DNA of 64,000 nt from Paecilomyces variotii (taxonomy: Eukaryota). The DNA lies in the NCBI GenBank assembly GCA_004022145.1, contig RCNU01000014.1. The stretch is one strand, 5' to 3'. The notes below the pieces were generated by a model. It worked only from the letters and a program-made list of their open reading frames with translations. It was not told the DNA's origin and ran no database searches. Positions 52,474-64,000 of this stretch are shown here, in pieces (within the stretch, counting starts at the first letter, position 1; each line of letters starts with the position of its first letter). The translations under genes were made by a program, and so were the position numbers.

Positions 52474-52730
52474 TGACTCAGCTGACGCGCCATTATGGAT
52501 TCTAAACATCATGGAGATGGCGCAATCGCTGGAGGATATCACAAAATCAAAAAAAGCAAAGAGAACGTGCGCCTCTTACAAGACTTGATAGAAACTGGAC
52601 GGATCCTGCGGGATGAGTCCCCCACATAGTACTGAACCAACGATAAAATAATACCCATCTGTCGAGATTCCAGTTGTGGCAAGTCAAGTCAGAGGCCAGT
52701 TTTGAGACGTTGGTGTAGCATCACGCCATC
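52474..52730. promoter_or_regulatory. Candidate MetR/CYS-3 and CpcA/Gcn4 bZIP sites upstream of the TauD gene
   Basis: ATTGCGCCATC (- strand, 52516-52526), ATCACGCCATC (52720-52730), TGACTCA (52474-52480). Confidence 0.5.
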
Positions 52731-53368
52731 TTGCTAAGTCAGACAGTCGAAGAGCGCAATAGGGGCTGACGTGGCACAGAAAAGCGATACTTTAATAGAA
52801 TGCTTGACCGCTTCTGTCCCAGCGTCATGGACTCGGACACCGACATCCAGGGGCAGAAGATGGATTGTTGATCAAGAGCGTGCGGCTCGTTCCAGGTCTC
52901 AGACTGCTGACGTTGATCTCGGGCGGTCGTCGGGGGCCAAGATCTTAAGATTGGCGGACGCGGGTAGATAGTTAGATGTCGCGCTCATGCAAGCCCGATC
53001 CGGGGTTGCAGCCGCTGATAACGCAACTTCGCCTGATTATTGCGTATCAACCGTCGCCCCTCGCCCTACAGCCTCATGGCCACGGGGGCCAGTTTTTCCG
53101 TTATCATTCGACTGACTAGCAGCTACTATGTTCTTTTGACCTTATGGAAACGTAGGTTAAATTGCAACAGACTGCTCAAAGATCGATGGACGGAGCATCA
53201 ATGTGAGAATCATTCCATCTAACTCCAGACTGCCATCCCGAAGTGCTTAGCGAGACCGTGCCAGACAAACCATACTGTAATACCACCGCATAAAACGTCA
53301 TTAATACTGTACACGAAGGGGAATCTCATCCTTGTAGCCCATCACTCATTGTTATTAATAGCACACGC

Positions 53369-55217
53369 CTAGCCGAGTCGTCCTCCAAGAGCTGGCGGCC
53401 CCAGAACTAATTCCTGGACTTCTTCTTTAGCACTACCCAACCTACTTGCAACGCCAAAGATACCAGCCTCCACATCTCCAAGGACTGCAGCAAGATCGTT
53501 GAGAGCGGTCTTGGATCCAGCACCTCCTGCAGCTCCTTCACGGCTGCGCGACGACACGAACTCGTTGATCTGTCGCTGAAGCGTGAGCTCCACGCCGTAA
53601 AGGTGGTCTTCGATCTCCTTGATATTGCGTTTGTAGGTGTCGAGGACGGAGCTCATTTCGTCGGACCGCTGAGAGAAGTAATCGACAAGATTGACTGGCA
53701 CACCGTTCACGGATTCCGCAGTGGAAGGATCGGCTTCCACATCATCCGGCAGGGCGAGTGTACTCTTACGGTTTCTAAGCGTGGTTCGCAGCGACTGTCG
53801 TTCTGACAACTGCTGATCTGGGGCAGACCACCAACCCGAACCGGTGGCGGGCTGATATTGCATGGGGAGCTTAAGAGTATCAATCGCACGGAATGCCACT
53901 TGGGCCTCAGCAGCATCGCGGGAAACCAGCTTGCGAACATGGTCAATGTCGCTGGCATCATTTTCTAGAGCATGCTGCATCGTGTCAAGCTTTCCCTGCA
54001 CGAATTCAACATCATTTGGAATTGTCGACCCTTGGTTGGCAATGGTTGGAAGAAGATCTGAAACCTCATTGCACATATGGATCTGGTTAAGAATAAACGT
54101 GTCAATGGTTTCGATCTGTTTCTTCAGCTCGTCCGCACAGCTTTCGAACTTCGTAGTCGGTAGCAGATTGCTGACGTCGACCTTCACGCCCGGAACGACG
54201 GTGCCAGTGGCGGGAGTCTGTTGTTGAGGTTGTTGCTGCATCCCAGTATTCTGACCCCCAAACAGAGACAATGTAGGCTTTTGCTGTTGTTGCTGCTGAG
54301 TAGTGCTCTGGTTGCCGCCACTGTTATCGAGCAGGTTCTGTTAGTTTGGCCAATCCAAGCATAATGAGGCTTGACAATCACTTACAAAAGTCCCCCTCCA
54401 GTTGTCGTGCTTCCAAGGCCTCCAAAAAGCGGCTTCGACTGAGTCTGTGTCGTAGATGTATTGCCCGTATTGCCGAATAAGCCGCCTCCCGTAGTACCGC
54501 TTTGAGTGGTGCTGGTATTGGTGCCCAGGCCGGAGAACAAACCTCCAGGCTTCGCTTGCGCTGTAGATGAGAGGGAACCTCCAAAAAGACCGCCTCCAGC
54601 ACTCGTTGTCGCCGTGCCACTTTGTTGTTGTGCACCACTTGTATTGCCCGAGCCAAGGCCAGAGAACATATTCTGTCCGCTCTGGGGTTGCGATGTCGTT
54701 GCACTTCCCAAGTTGCCAAACAATCCGCCGCTAGGCTTTTGCTGAGTAGCTGAATTGCCTCCCAAGTTGCCGAATAGACCACCGCCGGTAGTACTGGTAT
54801 TCGCGGGCGTAGTCGCAGATGTCGTCTGAGTATTGGCACCACCACTATCCGAGTTGAATATCTGCATTAGCTTCTTCATGTCCCGCTCCATTTCATCTTC
54901 TTCCTTCTCCGCTTTCCTCTTCTGGGCCTGATCCCTCCATTTTGAAAGAAGTGATTTCCCCATGACTGCTGTTGGGCATCCCGACCCAGAGTCGTGAAAA
55001 GCAATGCAATTTTGCAGAGCGAGAATCGATTGGAAATGGCATCATGACGAGAACGATCGAGGAACACGAGAGGAAAACCAAAGGAAAGGAGCTCAATGGG
55101 TCTGGCTGGCGCAGGGTCAAAGTGAATGAATGGGGTTACTTACAATAGTGAGTTGGCCGACCCGGTGTTGATGGTCAATCCTCCAGCCGCTGGAGCAGAC
55201 GTCTTTGCTGAAAACAT
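53369..55217 (-). CDS. NUP49: Central-channel FG nucleoporin Nup49/Nsp49; 3 exons
   Basis: N-terminal GGLFG repeats; C-terminal coiled-coil region VPGVKVDVSNLLPTTKFESC...IPNDVEFV...LVDYFSQR. Confidence 0.85.
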
Positions 55218-55860
55218 GGTGTGACTGATGGCTGCGCAACACAAAAAATAGAGACAAAGACAGCGCTGGCTCGTGAATGCTGGGATCCGCCCCTTGCGTC
55301 GAGAATCAAACGGACTCGCACGCTGAACTGAGTGATGCTGCGTATCGGAAAACAAAAGCTGGGAGCTACGCGGAGTCTAGTGTCGTCGGGGAAAGATTTG
55401 CCGCTCCGATCTCCAAGTACTTACAGTGCGCCAAGAGCGGAGATCTTATCACCGCGAGCAACCGCAACATCTACACGGGCTTTCGGTTGTTAAGGGTTCT
55501 TCACTTCGCTGTGTTCGCTCAAGATCTAATGCAAAAGGGTCTCAGAGACAGCGTAGAGTGCTCCAAAGATCAAGAATTTGGTCTACATTTGAGCTAGCAT
55601 TTGGTCAGCTGTAGTCTGTTCTTGCTTTTTAAGAGGCTCATGGATCTATGAAGAACGCTGTACTAGATCCTCATTTCAAAGGAGGACGGAATATGCTTCG
55701 TGTTATCCTGTACTCCATAGAGCCTACGCAAGCCAGGATACCCGATAATATTCTTTAAACACATGTATGCGCAAAGCTTGTCTGCTACTACATACAAAGA
55801 AGCTTTGTTGAACTCAGGGTGGTGGAATAGCGTGCTGCATTGCGAACTGGGCCAGCCACT

Positions 55861-57288
55861 ATGAGTGACGATGGTGGCTTTTCGTGGAAGCCAACCTGTA
55901 TAGCTTCTACATCACAGTCTTCCGAGACGCTACAGAATGCCTCTGGTCTAAGCACAGAGACGGTCACAGGATCTGAAAAGATACCTGGTGGTTATCGACA
56001 ATCTGCGAACTACTTCAAAAGCGCAGACTGGTAAGTTCGATTCTCATTCTGAAATGCTGATAAGAAGACTACTCTGACTAGAGCTCTCATATAGGTCCCC
56101 TGATGGCACGACGATTATAACGAACTCTGCAGATAACCATGCCCGGACTTACATCCTGTCAGTATTCCTTTCTGCCTTGTGACCATGCAGTGGACTGACT
56201 GGTGCCAGACCCCCTGATCTCCTAGAGGAAAGAGAGACACCACATGAATTGTCAGCATATTCCACATTGCCATCAGCTGAACCGATATACGCGACAGCGA
56301 TCTATCCCTATTACTCCCTACAAGATCCGTCGACGACTCTCTTCCTTTCATCAGTCCGTGACCATCCGATCCGATTAACATCGGCCCTGGCACCCACTAC
56401 AGTGGCAACGTATTCCTTGATCAACCCTACAACAGAAGCCTTCATCACTCCGCATTCGATTCTCTATCCACCTACTCTTGGTGGAACCCACTTCCTTACA
56501 GGCTCCGATAGTCTGATATGTCTCTTCGATGTTTCTCGTCCTGGTACTGATGGTCCGGTCTCCATGATGCCAACGATTCCAAGTAAGAGAAAGCAGATTG
56601 TTGGGGGCGGTATTGGTATGAAAGGAATTGTCTCTGCATTAGCCATCAATCCTAGTGGTGATGGCATCCTGGCTGCGGGGACTTTCACGAGACAGCTTGC
56701 ACTCTACAGCTCGAATGGGAGTGGTGAGCTAATCGGTACTTTCAGTGTCGCGAGAACCGAAGCAGACCGCCACATAAAGGGGAAGGGGATCACGCAGCTT
56801 CTGTGGAGTCCATGTGGTAGGTATCTTTACGTTGTTGAGCGGAAAAGCCACGGTATTCTCATGTACGACATACGGGTTACGGGCCAACTTCTTGGATGGC
56901 TGCAGGGACGCAAAGCGTTCACTAATCAGCGCTTAAAGGTGGATGTTGTGGCTGCCGGTCCCGAGGGTTCTCACGAGATATGGGCAGGAGGCACCGATGG
57001 CTTCATGAGGACATGGCGAAATCCATCTGATACTATCGGAGCTAAGGATCCTGATTGGGAATGGAAGGTCCACGAAGGCACGTCCATTTCACCGCAAGCT
57101 TCTACGGAAATCGGTACTGATGATAAATCCTAGATTCGGTCAGCACTACTATCCTACACCCTTCCGGAAGTATCGTGGCAACCTGCTCTGGGCAAAAGCC
57201 TGATGCAGACTATCGCTCAGTTGATAGGGAAAGCGACGGCTCTTCCCTCACGGTTGGGGATAACAGTTTGAGGATATGGGCCTTATGA
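55861..57288 (+). CDS. SWT21: WD40 protein of the WDR79/TCAB1/Swt21 family; 4 exons, last intron probably GC-AG
   Basis: YFKSADW/SPDGT, SSVRDHPIRL, GMKGIVSALA, GITQLLWSPCG.YLY, TNQRL, WAGGTDG, HE/DSVSTTILHPSG...ATCSGQ...DNSLRIW. Confidence 0.8.
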
Positions 57289-57562
57289 GAACCATAGACA
57301 TTATACTTGTTTGAAGAGGGTATAGAAGTGTCATTGTTCCTTATCGCCGGCATGGCTGGAGAGACATGAAAGGCAGGGAGACACGGTATCCCACCCCTGA
57401 TGCTTTAAGGAAGGCATATCTTCGTATTCCATGCACATGCTCCGCCGCTACAGATAACCTTCTCCGCCAACGTCTCAACAGGACAATCGATTCTTGGTTA
57501 GCCTGCACCGGTCTTCACACCAGAGACTATAGGCCGGGATGTTGCATCCATCTCCATATCCA

Positions 57563-57981
57563 TCATTCGACTTTCGGGAACTTCTCCAGTCGCGTGCCAC
57601 TGGTATCGCTCGTAAGCTGAACGCCACTACCTCAGAGTCAGCTCCTGAACAGGTTGTGTGAGGATATTCAAACAACAGGCTATACTATGCTACTCACCCG
57701 CTCCCACCATGCCATACTTCATCATGAGGTTGAGCCAAGACTGGGATCATCTGGCGCTTCTGGACCGTAAGGGCCTTGTTTCCGTTCCCAAGGGGCCATG
57801 GCAGCGAAAGATGCTGGCCAGGAGGTAGCTTTACTTCGATATGATGTGGACATTTGGAAACCGTCTTGTTTCCCGTGGGATCCTTGAGGACTTTCTGGTG
57901 TACAGAGATAGGATTCGCCCAAGTCGTGCATGTTATCATGGACAGAAGAAAGGGAGCGAGGCATAGAAGTTGGCAATGCAT
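57563..57981 (-). CDS. Small orphan secreted protein (~116 aa) with a Kex2-like KR site; 2 exons
   Basis: Hydrophobic N-terminus ending TWA|NPI; GTGAGT donor, GCTGAC branch point and TAG acceptor give an in-frame exon 2 GVQLTSDTSGTRLEKFPKVE stop. Confidence 0.5.
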
Positions 57982-60259
57982 CTTCGTAGGATTGACAAGC
58001 TCTGATCACCGAGAGCTGCGATTGCAACGTTCCGCGGTAGCGAATAGAGAGGAATAACGATAGTTCTTCGCAGAAGAGACTGTGATACGATGGCTTTATC
58101 GATTAACGAGCGTACGTGACGGATCTTGCACGTAGGATTAATGAATATCTCTCAATGCAAGCTGGACACGAGAGGCAAATGAGTAGAATCTTTCTGTGTT
58201 CAGTTGCCTCCAAGGTCGTTCTCCTGGTATCACGGGTCCGGGAAGGAACACCACGATCTCACGACTCTGCTGGGGACTAATATGGAAGGTGCGTGGCTAC
58301 ATGCTGCTAGCCGGGACAGTCTCCAGTGTACAGAGATACGACGATAGAGAATTGACTAAATTAACGTGTTTCTGCTCTCCACTGTAATGTGCCAGAGGGG
58401 AGCAGTAACGTCGATCATCGAGTATTCAGAAGCTATGTCAGCATCAAAAGATCAGTAGACCCTGCAACCCTCTGCATATCCTCTGCAGGGATCTAACTAA
58501 TTGGAGCAGTCGCACGTGCATTTATTCTCCGTGGCATTTTGGCTACATCTCCACAATCAGGATAGAATCGACAATACGCCTGGACCCTGTACGAAAGACG
58601 CATAGAACAATAGTATTATCTACCGCTAGCTAAAGGGTCATTTATATATTTCTTCATCTAGTTTATCATCTCCTTTGATAGGAACAGCAGCGAGACGTTC
58701 CCAAGCCTCCGCTTAGAAATTGTGCTAGGAACCAAAGTGGTTAAATGTTCAGACCGTCGATTTCACCCTGCCAAGCTAGCCAAATAATATACAGGATAAA
58801 TTCTAATATTCTCCAACAAGAAGCGGACTTGTCATTGCAAAATCTGATAACTCTACTCTGTACAGAGGTAGCACGTATGTACATCCTTCTCACCCGTCAA
58901 AGGCTGCTATTCGGAATCATTACGACTTTCCACATCTCGCAGGGAAAAAAAAAAAAAAAAAACGAACAGCCCCGTAGGATAGGAAGAGAGTTGATCTCGC
59001 CAAAGACTCAGTAATCAAAGAACTCATCTCCTGGACACACTGGCTTTAGATCCTTGGCGTACATAGCGTACAAATACCTAGTATATGACCCAACCAATCA
59101 TCTGCTTTCAAGACCGACGACATGTCTCGAAGGCCTCTACAGAGATAGCATAGGTTACCAGGCCAGCAGTGTCATTCTGAATACTGGCGCTGTACTCTTC
59201 TTCTTGTTTTAGGGTCTATGAACTACTTACGTTCTCGAATCACAGATGAATAATGTACACTAGAGCTACGCTGCACCGTTGTCACTCGTACCAAGTCGTG
59301 AAAGCAATAACCTCAAGGTAATGAGAATTGAACAAGATTGAACATTGATTTAAATTGCGTTTATTCTTCTGAGGGCATTACATATCTTTTGAAGACATCT
59401 AATAACCTCTTCGTCCACCACGTATCTCCTTTCCTTACCTCGTGTTTCCGTATCTCTCTCAATATAGAAGGATATTGCATTCGCAGTTGTCTTCCAGTCA
59501 TGCCCGTCTGAAAAAGCCTTACACCAAGTATGCGAGGGGTTATCAAATGACTCTGTTCTCCTGACGTCTAAATAAGGCCACTGGTGTCATGCAGCACTGT
59601 CCTCGTGGAACAGGGATGTCGAATACGCCACGAGGAAGCACTGACGGGATCTCCCGGTTGCTATGCCGAAATTAGTCAGGTACAGCTATTGATGTTTACT
59701 GTCAATAGTCATCCATAATGAAGAGCTATCTAAGAAGTGAAAACAGAGGGAAGGGAAATCTCCACGATGGAAAAGATACAGTGTCCGGAAAAACACGCTG
59801 CCACTACCATCCTGAGGACAGTGAATTGAGCTAAGTCCTATTGTATCAATCACCTATTCATATCACCGAGACTGATTATGAATACAAACAATACTCTTTC
59901 ACTATAGACAGGAATAATATATGTCAGGCAACGCTTCTAGTACTAGTCTGCGAACCAAGCTGCAGGCGTGATCCGCTGCGAAATGTACCGGTCTACTCGG
60001 TGGCCTCCCAGAAATAACATAGGACGACGTTCACTGTAGGCTGCAAAGAGAAGACATCCCTATTCACCGCGACTCCCCTCATTGACAGTCTTCAATTGAA
60101 TGCGATTGAGCAAGAAGATACTCCAGCTGTCTTGTCATCCCTCGACATCTTCTTTCCACGATTTGTGAATACTGCACAGACTTGGTATCCGTTACCAGTT
60201 TCCTCTCTTTTATTCTGGCTCATTCCTCTGTTCGAGCTCACAGTCAGCGTCACAGCAGT

Positions 60260-62383
60260 ATGGAGTCCGATCATACTGACATTGAAACCTTTATTAGAGA
60301 GCACACCGTCTTACCTGGAGGCCACTACAATACAGATATCATTGACATAAACGCCGATTTGTGAGTGTGCTACGTAGATATTATTTATTAAGTCCCGGTC
60401 TAACTCGCGCAATAGAGACTGGTCTGATCTGATGAACGATCTTGATCAAGAGCACACGATTGATCAGACAGGCATGGAGCCAAAGGAGGCTCTTAACAAC
60501 AACACAGCCGGATCTACGACGGCTGAGGCTGATGCAATGGTCAAGGAAGAGCATGAAGACAACGCTCAGCATTCGCCTCGACAATCTCATAGCAGTGAAG
60601 TCGAGGACGACATGGGGTATGACCAACATGCCCATGAACCTGCAGGGGGCAACTTCAAATCCAGTCCCACATACACTCATGCGGATGTTGATTCGAGCCC
60701 CCTCCTATTCAGTGCCGGAATCGACAATATGCTGCACGGTGGGATGAACAACCAGATGAACCTCGACTACTATCCTCTCCAACTTTCCCAGAGCAACGTC
60801 ATGCGTGACTTGAACGCTAGAAAGGCCGCGCGATCCCGCGCAGCTACAGTGTCGACGACACGAGACTTCCTCGAGAGACACAGCGCGTCCAGGAACCCTC
60901 ATCCAAATCCTCTTCCAACCCTTGAGAGTTTGCGGTACAAATACGGCGAAAGGGCTCCACCACCAAGTGAAGCGCTCCCTGATGATGTACCCTTTATCGA
61001 TGACCTCTTGAATCCGCATCTCAGTGGGGTTGATATGGAAACGATCTTCTCTTCCGCAGAGGAAGCCAGCTCCTATTACTCCCAGGAGTTCCACCTTCCC
61101 CCAGACGACAGTGTCCCCACCACGATCGAGCAAAAGAAGGCAATCGTCAAAGCACTTTGTACAGCGATCATGAGCGTCGAGAAGGCGGAAGACAACCCCG
61201 GTATGATCAGACCATTCGCGGAATGCAAGTACTCTCCCAGAAGGGTTGAGCTCGCGTGCTGGCACTTGTTGGTAAGAGGCCCCGCTACATGATAGCCAGA
61301 GGAGGTCATTAACAGATTATCAGGAGGCATGCATAACACGACATGTATCAGGACCTTTGTTGGCGGCGTACGATGTTAAGTACAAACAGTCGAGCGATAT
61401 CCCTACCTTCGCGGAGAGAATGGACAGGATATTTAAGTGCCTCGTGGTATGAAATGCTCACTTAGGACATACCGCGCATACATGTGGAAGCTAACTCCCA
61501 TACGAAAGACCCAGAAGACGATCTGCAAGCACCTTCTTGACCCATTTTATTTGTACACCTTTGTCGATGATCCAATCGGTGCTCACAAGGTAAACGAAGC
61601 CTGCTGTGCAAGCATAGAAATAGCATGAAGCTAACAATGGAGCAGAGGGTCATTGCAAACAAGACCCTCAATAGACGCAAAGGAGAGGTTATGAATGCTG
61701 GAAAACAAGTCCTTGGCCATGGTCGAGTTAATCCTGCTGCCGGGACTATCACACCTGGAAGCCGCGATCCAGAAGATCCCTTCACTGCTGGCTCGCCGTT
61801 CAGTACTCCGCAACACGGTATGAGCACGACTGCAACGATGAGCCCCGACAGTGTCAACCGCAGAGGTATCGCTTCGATGATGTTGAGTAGCCCAGCCTCT
61901 TCATCTCCAGGCTCAGAGAAATATAACCTGCCAGGACTTCAGCGAGGTGTGATCACGGGTACTTCTTCATTCAATGCAACTCCAAACTTGGCTCATATTA
62001 ATCGCTCCTTGCATTCGAGCCCGATAATGAGGAGCATGCACACGGTCAGCCCGGGGCTGACCAGTTTGTCTCACAATAACTCTGGACAAGCTAGTAGAAG
62101 ACAAAGCTTTCGAGAGTCGGAGGCTAGTCAGCTAAGGGCACAAGTTGCTGCGCAGTTCCAGGCTGCTCATCTGGCTGGCATCGATCCTGCGCTTCGGCCT
62201 CAAGCTAGACGGATGACAGCTCCTACTTCTCACCCACGCACAGATGCCGAAAATACTCTAGAAGCAACAGGGAGCAGAAGAGTCAAGGGAAATACTGGTG
62301 CATCCGCGGGTCGTCGCAAGCGCAAAGACTCCGATTCAGACTCGGAGTACCTTCCTTCGCCGGCGAAGAAGGCCCAGCGTTGA
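60260..62383 (+). CDS. Uncharacterised fungal protein, probably nuclear; 5 exons
   Basis: Four canonical introns keep frame; central helical domain (DDSVPTTIEQKKAIVK...VELACWHLL...TFAERMD...KTICKHL...FVDDP...RVIANKTLNRRK); C-terminal bipartite NLS-like RRKRK...PAKK. Confidence 0.75.
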
Positions 62384-62674
62384 AGAATTCCGCTCCTTTT
62401 CCAACTTCTACGGATCTTTTCTTTTTCTTTTTTTTTCCCTTTCTCCTTTTGCTTTACTTTTTTCTTCTGGGGTTTGGTGGTATTTCTTTCTATTATTCTT
62501 CATGCCTTGGACTCTTCCTGACAATACCCCAAGCAAACTGACTGCACGGTCCTAGTTTGGTTTTCTTTTCATGATATCATTTCTCGGGCTTTCCTTCCAG
62601 CACTGTACAAGTAGATCAATCAAATCAATATGACCTTTTAACTCCTTGAGGAAGCAGCCTCACCAAGGTTCTCC

Positions 62675-63718
62675 CTATTGCTTGTCAGGGATTGTAATGC
62701 CGTATCTCTCGTAAGGAAAATTCTCTAGGGTGAGAAGAAGCTCTCCCCACCCATCGCCTTCCTCGCCAGGCCGTCCAGCGCCTTTCATCCTCGGTGCCTG
62801 CAATTGCTCGGCCTCCTTTTCTGAATCCGATTTTTCCTCTTCCTTATGTGCACCCGTCAAACCGGCCAGGACCTCCTCTTCGCGCCCTTTGTATTCTTGT
62901 AATAGCCCAGGATGCGGGCACCAGACCACTCTCATACCAGCTCGCCGACCAGCCTCGACGCCAGGAACGGCATCCTCAAAAACCAGACATTCCTCGGGTT
63001 TGACGTCCTCTTCCCCTTTCTTCCTCAGTTCCTGATTGATTGTCTCCAAGGCCAGCAGGTAGATATCAGGTAGGGGCTTCCCTCTACCCTTGCCAATACG
63101 CGGATCATCTCCCAGGACGCGTCTCGAGTCCGGAAAGACTGAGAACAAATCCGTCAGGTGATCTGTCTTCAGCTTGAAGTTCTTACTATGCGAAGAAGTT
63201 GCCAAGGCGATATATACGGGCTTATCCGTGTTCTCTGTCGAGGATAGGTTCTGCAGAAGCTCTGGAATGCCAGGGAGGGGTTTGGAGCTTGGGAAGTGCT
63301 TGGCTTGTAGGGCGGACTGCTTTTGTGCGTATTCTTCAGGAGAGATGGGAAGTTGGGCCCAGTCGTGGAATATCCGGCTGGCCTATTACTTGGAGTGGAA
63401 AGTGGTCAATGGATGTTTGCCTTGTAGAGAGTCTGGATCTAGAATGAAGTTGGGCATGTGCGGCTATAGAATATATCGTACCTCTGGCGCCGGCCGGCCT
63501 TGCAATTGAGCCTTGATCGGCCATGGGAGAGTTGGCCGTCCGTATTGTTGCAAAAGCTCGTTCGTGATGGCAGTATACTTGTCTTCCGAGTCGATAAGCA
63601 GGCCATCCATGTCGAACAGGCACGCCCGCACGCGGGGGAAGCTGCGGGGCAATCAATCAGCATGGCAGGGGAATCGGGATGATGACCGGAGATCTTACTT
63701 TTCCTTCTTAGTCGCCAT
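62675..63718 (-). CDS. HAD-superfamily hydrolase, pseudouridine-5'-phosphatase (HDHD1/PUDP-like); 3 exons
   Basis: ACLFDMDGLLIDSE (motif I), LATSS (II), GKPLPDIYL (III), LVFEDAVPGVEAGRRAGM (IV). Confidence 0.88.
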
Positions 63719-64000
63719 TCTGAGGAATGTGGCCTGCTGGGAGTCTTGCTTAGAACTGTTAGAGTGACGAATGTCGAGGAGGAAGAACAAAACAGACTCT
63801 CTTCAGTTGCAGTATGACTGGCTTTAGATGATTGTATTTCTGCAGGGACAGGTGGGCGGGCGGGGAACCCAAAAGCGGGATGCCGAACGGAGCGAGTCGC
63901 CGACTCCGCGCTTTTTGGCCGCCAGCTCACTCGAGATCTGCTGGTCGTTTAATGAGCTTTCTATCTCGCAGCACTTAAAAGATGGCGAAAGACGAAGCTG

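Noticed and set aside
54848..55143. snoRNA or alternative N-terminus (ORF 54382-54963) in NUP49 intron 1
   Set aside because: No clear C/D or H/ACA box pair; a conventional upstream exon (MFSAKTSAP...) with a GTAAGT donor explains the gene.
1..64000. Starship captain, CRISPR array, tRNA genes or secondary-metabolite backbone genes
   Set aside because: No tyrosine recombinase (DUF3435)-like ORF, repeat-spacer array, cloverleaf or PKS/NRPS domain was seen.
63982..64000. Possible start (ATGGCGAAAGACGAAGCTG) of a gene divergent from the HAD hydrolase
   Set aside because: Only six codons lie inside the window; cannot be supported.

Overview
Intron-containing genomic DNA from a filamentous ascomycete, most likely Eurotiales (inferred from gene sequences, the dispersed 5S rRNA gene and RIP-like mutation). 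Bases 1-~7065 are a very AT-rich block degraded by RIP (repeat-induced point mutation): a near full-length Ty3/gypsy chromovirus (LTRs ~781-1090 and ~6525-6768) nested in the remains of a second gypsy element. The rest is gene-dense. Core genes: the divergent ATP-citrate lyase pair, POP5, GPN2, BUB3, RKI1, ULA1, an Asi3-like E3, HEI10, XAP5, FIP1, HSP10, a probable Zip2/SHOC1, NUP49, SWT21/TCAB1 and a HAD phosphatase. Accessory-looking genes: a SnoaL-like protein divergent from an Mtr-type permease, an inverted-repeat element next to a nonsense-disrupted PD-(D/E)XK-like nuclease gene, an Asp f 4-like protein, an AA9 LPMO abutting a 5S rRNA gene, a TauD dioxygenase, an orphan secreted Kex2-type precursor and an uncharacterised nuclear protein. 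No complete novel system can be demonstrated from sequence alone; the best leads are the 31-37.8 kb accessory patch, the Zip2-like gene and the orphan peptide precursor. Gene models and family calls were made by eye without searches, so boundaries may be off by a few bases.
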